Shown here piece by piece: positions 44,542-46,982 of a DNA stretch of 46,982 bases (positions within the stretch are counted from its first letter, which is position 1; every line of letters begins with the position of its first letter). This stretch comes from Acidobacteriota bacterium. Lineage in GTDB: Bacteria > Acidobacteriota > Vicinamibacteria > Vicinamibacterales > UBA2999. Below the pieces are notes generated by a model. It saw only the letters and a program-made list of their open reading frames with translations. It was not told the DNA's origin and did no database searches. The stretch is from contig JBKPRH010000070.1 in the NCBI GenBank assembly GCA_046765795.1, forward strand, positions 1 through 46,982. Reading direction: 5' to 3'. The position numbers and the translations under genes are program-made.

Positions 44542-45147
44542 ATGAGCGATAACTCCGGGTCGTCAACAGGGAGCAACGAAGAGCCGTTGTCCCCGGAAAC
44601 GACTATCGAGCTCCTCGAGCTCGCAAAAGGGGGCGACCCTCAGGCGCTCGATCGCCTGCTGGAGCGATGTGTGCCGGCGTTGCGCCGCTGGGCGCATGGC
44701 CGCCTGCCAATGACTGCTCGCGGTCTCAACGACACCGCCGATATCGTGCAGGACACGATCATCTCGGCGATGCGTCGCCTCGAGGTGTTTCAGTCGCGTC
44801 ATCAGGGCGCGCTGCAGGCCTACCTTCGCCAGGCGGTCATGAACCGCATTCGCGACGTGATCCGTCAGCACAAGCGCCGGCCCGAGATCAGCGGGTTATC
44901 GGAAGGAATCGAGGACGAAGCCACCTCGCCACTCGAACACGCGATCGGGGCCGAGAATCTCGAGCGCTACGAATCCGCGTTGCAACGGCTGAACGCGCCG
45001 GACCGCGAAGCGATCATCGGTCGGCTCGAGATGCTCTATTCGTACGACGAGCTGGCCACGGTGCTCGGCCGGCCCTCGGCTGCGGCGGCGCGTATGGCCG
45101 TCACTCGCGCCATGAAGCGTCTCGCCGAGGAGATGCAACATGTCTGA
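44542..45147 (+). CDS. ECF-type RNA polymerase sigma-70 family factor
   Basis: Region 2: GDPQALDRLLERCVPALRRWAHGRL...NDTADIVQDTIISAMRRLEVFQ...YLRQAVMNRIRDVIR. Region 4: LNAPDREAIIGRLEMLYSYDELATVLGRPSAAAARMAVTRAMKRLAEEM. The ATG at 44542 was chosen; the upstream 45 codons of the track ORF look non-coding. Confidence 0.85.
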   Translation: MSDNSGSSTGSNEEPLSPETTIELLELAKGGDPQALDRLLERCVPALRRWAHGRLPMTARGLNDTADIVQDTIISAMRRLEVFQSRHQGALQAYLRQAVMNRIRDVIRQHKRRPEISGLSEGIEDEATSPLEHAIGAENLERYESALQRLNAPDREAIIGRLEMLYSYDELATVLGRPSAAAARMAVTRAMKRLAEEMQHV

Positions 45148-46982
45148 AGCGGTTTTCGACCAAGCCATCGAACAGATCGCCGACGGTCTGTCGGTCGATT
45201 GGGGCGCACTCGATCGCGGCACCCCTGGACGCGCACGCGACTGGGCGAAGAGCCTTCGTGTGCTCAACGACATCGTCAAGCTGCATCGCGATGCGGCGGC
45301 GGATTACGAGCAGACGACGATGGCCACGGCGGCGCCGACGAATGGCGAAGTGAGCCAGGCCCCGGATACGTGGGGCAAGTACAGACTGACGAATAAAGTT
45401 GGCGAGGGCAGCTACGGCAGCGTCTATCGCGCGTGGGATTCCGACCTCGAGTACGACGTCGCGATCAAGATCCTGCATCGCCGTGTCGGCGACACGAAGT
45501 TGCGCGAGCGGCTTCTTCAGGAAGGCCGTGCGCTCGCCAAGATCCAGCATAACAACGTCGTGCGTGTGCTCGGTATCGAAGCACATGCCGATCGTGTTGG
45601 CTTGTGCATGGAATTCGTGCGCGGGAAGACGCTCGCCGACATCGTGCGCGGCCAGGGCAGGCTGAGTGCGGCGGAGGCCGTGCTGATTGGCGAGGACCTG
45701 TGCCGCGCGTTGTCGGCCGTTCACCGCGCGGGTTTCATCCATCGCGACGTCAAGGCAAAGAACGTCATGCGCGATGACAACGGCCGGATCGTGCTGATGG
45801 ACTTCGGCACCGGTCGATCGTCAGACGCGTTAAGCAAGAACGATCGCGCGGGGACGCCACTCTACATGGCGCCCGAAGTCATCGAGGACGGTCAGCAGTC
45901 GGTGCGCAGCGACGTCTACAGCCTCGGCGTGCTGCTGTATTACCTGGTCACGGGTGAGTATCCCGTCAATGCCCGGTCGATCGACGAGCTGCGCGCCGCG
46001 CACGCGAACCGCGAGCACCGCTGGCTCAGCGAGGTGCGGCCGGACCTGCCCGTCGGCTTCATGCAGGTCGTCGAGCGCGCGATCGCCATTGATCCCGAGG
46101 ACCGCTTCGCGAACGCGAGCGAACTCCTCGATGCGCTCGGATCGATCAAAAGCCGGACGAACCCCATTGTTGGCCGGATTCTCCGTTGGGTGCTCGGGGT
46201 CGGCGTTGTCCTGCTTGGAATGACTGTCCTGGGTGCGATGACGTCCGGGATTTTCAATATCGCCTTGCAACGATCCGATTTCGCGAGCGAATCGTGGTGG
46301 GACTACCTTGTGTGGGGACGGCGAACCAGCTTCATGCCGTTCATGACGCTCCTCGTGGTGCTCCTCGGTGCCACGCTGTTGAATGTTCTGCGTCGATTGT
46401 TGCTGGCGATGTCCAGCCGTTTGCGGTCGCTGGATGCCAGCAGTCGTAGGTGGTACGCCGGGGTGAATCACAGGCTTCGCCTGGACGAAGTCTCAGTGAT
46501 GGCGTCGTGTTCGCTGCTTGTCTCTGTGCTGATCGTGGGGGCAACGTGGTGGTACTACAGCCCCTTGCTCCTCGCCTTCATTACATTCGTGTCGACAGGT
46601 GCAACTGAGACGCTGGCGCTCCTCTCGCCAGCGCATGTCCTTGACCACAATCGCTATCGTCAGGTGTTGAGCGTCGTGGTCATTCTCACTGTGGTCGTCT
46701 GGTACCCCGTGGTGAAGGCGGTTCGGAAAGGCCAGACACTGCACTGGGGATTCATCGTCGGCGGCGTCGTGGCGACCTGCGTGTCGATAGCGCTCCTGAA
46801 CTTTCCGTATCGAATGCTGTATTTCAATAAATCGTTCGAGGCCGTCACCTGGAAGAATAACCATTGCTATGCGATCGGCGAACGCAACGCTGACGTTCTG
46901 CTGTTTTGTCCCGAGTTGCCAGCACCGAGGAACCGGACCGTCTCGAAAGGCGATCGTGATTTGACATGGCTCGGCGTGAAGG
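45140..46982 (+). CDS. Hanks-type Ser/Thr protein kinase with a C-terminal polytopic membrane domain (3' partial)
   Basis: Not in the ORF track because there is no stop in the window. My own translation gives MSEAVFDQAIEQIADGLSVDWGAL...YRLTNKVGEGSYGSVYRAWD...YDVAIKIL...GFIHRDVKAKNVM...LMDFGTG...GTPLYMAPE...SDVYSLGVLLYYLVTG...DPEDRF. At least 6 hydrophobic segments follow (ILRWVLGVGVVLLGMTVLGAM, FMPFMTLLVVLLGATLL, MASCSLLVSVLIVGATWWYY, LLLAFITFVSTG, VLSVVVILTVVVWYPVV, GFIVGGVVATCVSIALL). The ATG at 45140 overlaps the sigma gene stop (ATGTCTGA). Confidence 0.85.
   Translation, partial: MSEAVFDQAIEQIADGLSVDWGALDRGTPGRARDWAKSLRVLNDIVKLHRDAAADYEQTTMATAAPTNGEVSQAPDTWGKYRLTNKVGEGSYGSVYRAWDSDLEYDVAIKILHRRVGDTKLRERLLQEGRALAKIQHNNVVRVLGIEAHADRVGLCMEFVRGKTLADIVRGQGRLSAAEAVLIGEDLCRALSAVHRAGFIHRDVKAKNVMRDDNGRIVLMDFGTGRSSDALSKNDRAGTPLYMAPEVIEDGQQSVRSDVYSLGVLLYYLVTGEYPVNARSIDELRAAHANREHRWLSEVRPDLPVGFMQVVERAIAIDPEDRFANASELLDALGSIKSRTNPIVGRILRWVLGVGVVLLGMTVLGAMTSGIFNIALQRSDFASESWWDYLVWGRRTSFMPFMTLLVVLLGATLLNVLRRLLLAMSSRLRSLDASSRRWYAGVNHRLRLDEVSVMASCSLLVSVLIVGATWWYYSPLLLAFITFVSTGATETLALLSPAHVLDHNRYRQVLSVVVILTVVVWYPVVKAVRKGQTLHWGFIVGGVVATCVSIALLNFPYRMLYFNKSFEAVTWKNNHCYAIGERNADVLLFCPELPAPRNRTVSKGDRDLTWLGVK

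Noticed and set aside
45101-45742. A 213-aa ORF on the - strand, and the 45830-46471 (-) ORF
   Set aside because: Both are antisense to the Ser/Thr kinase gene. The kinase gene is missing from the track only because it lacks a stop codon in the window.
1-46982. A search for CRISPR arrays, IS elements or transposases, integrases, phage genes, toxin-antitoxin pairs and known defence genes
   Set aside because: None were recognised. RmuC and the beta-CASP hydrolase are nuclease-type folds but sit in housekeeping contexts (rmuC-glnS; the peptidase and malQ operon). There are no companion defence-type ATPase, helicase or methylase genes.

Overview
This is a visibly GC-rich, very densely coding chromosomal segment with about 37 protein genes. 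I found no rRNA, tRNA, CRISPR array, transposase, integrase or phage genes. The gene content suggests an Acidobacteriota-like soil bacterium: a VWFA protein with a secreted N-terminus, several secreted peptidases of families M1, S9B/DPP4, M49/DPP3 and M23, many GAF/PP2C/GGDEF signalling proteins, and an ECF sigma factor paired with a Ser/Thr kinase. That taxonomic call is an inference only.

Most of the window is ordinary core metabolism and housekeeping: fabZ, kbl, nuoG-like, dsbD, malQ, glnS, rmuC, serC, pcnB, aminotransferases and an SDR. It does not look like an accessory or defence island, and I cannot point to a convincing new multi-gene system.

The items most worth a second look are:
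1. At the left edge, a receiver-domain tail on the + strand meets a histidine kinase on the - strand that loses kinase similarity straight after its G1 box. This could be an inversion, a fusion or an assembly breakpoint.
2. An ECF sigma gene overlaps by 8 nt (ATGTCTGA) a Ser/Thr kinase that carries an uncharacterised polytopic membrane C-terminus, with no anti-sigma gene present.
3. A catalytically dead kinase-like protein (pseudokinase) sits 4 nt upstream of an M23 peptidase.
4. A nuoG-like gene has no other nuo genes nearby and ends 2 nt before dsbD.
5. Three convergent gene pairs physically share stop-codon nucleotides (TTAG, CTAG, TTAA). Only one canonical hairpin plus U-tract terminator is visible in the whole window.

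Many long ORFs in the supplied track are antisense shadow ORFs typical of GC-rich DNA and were rejected. All family assignments come from reading motifs by eye. No searches were run.
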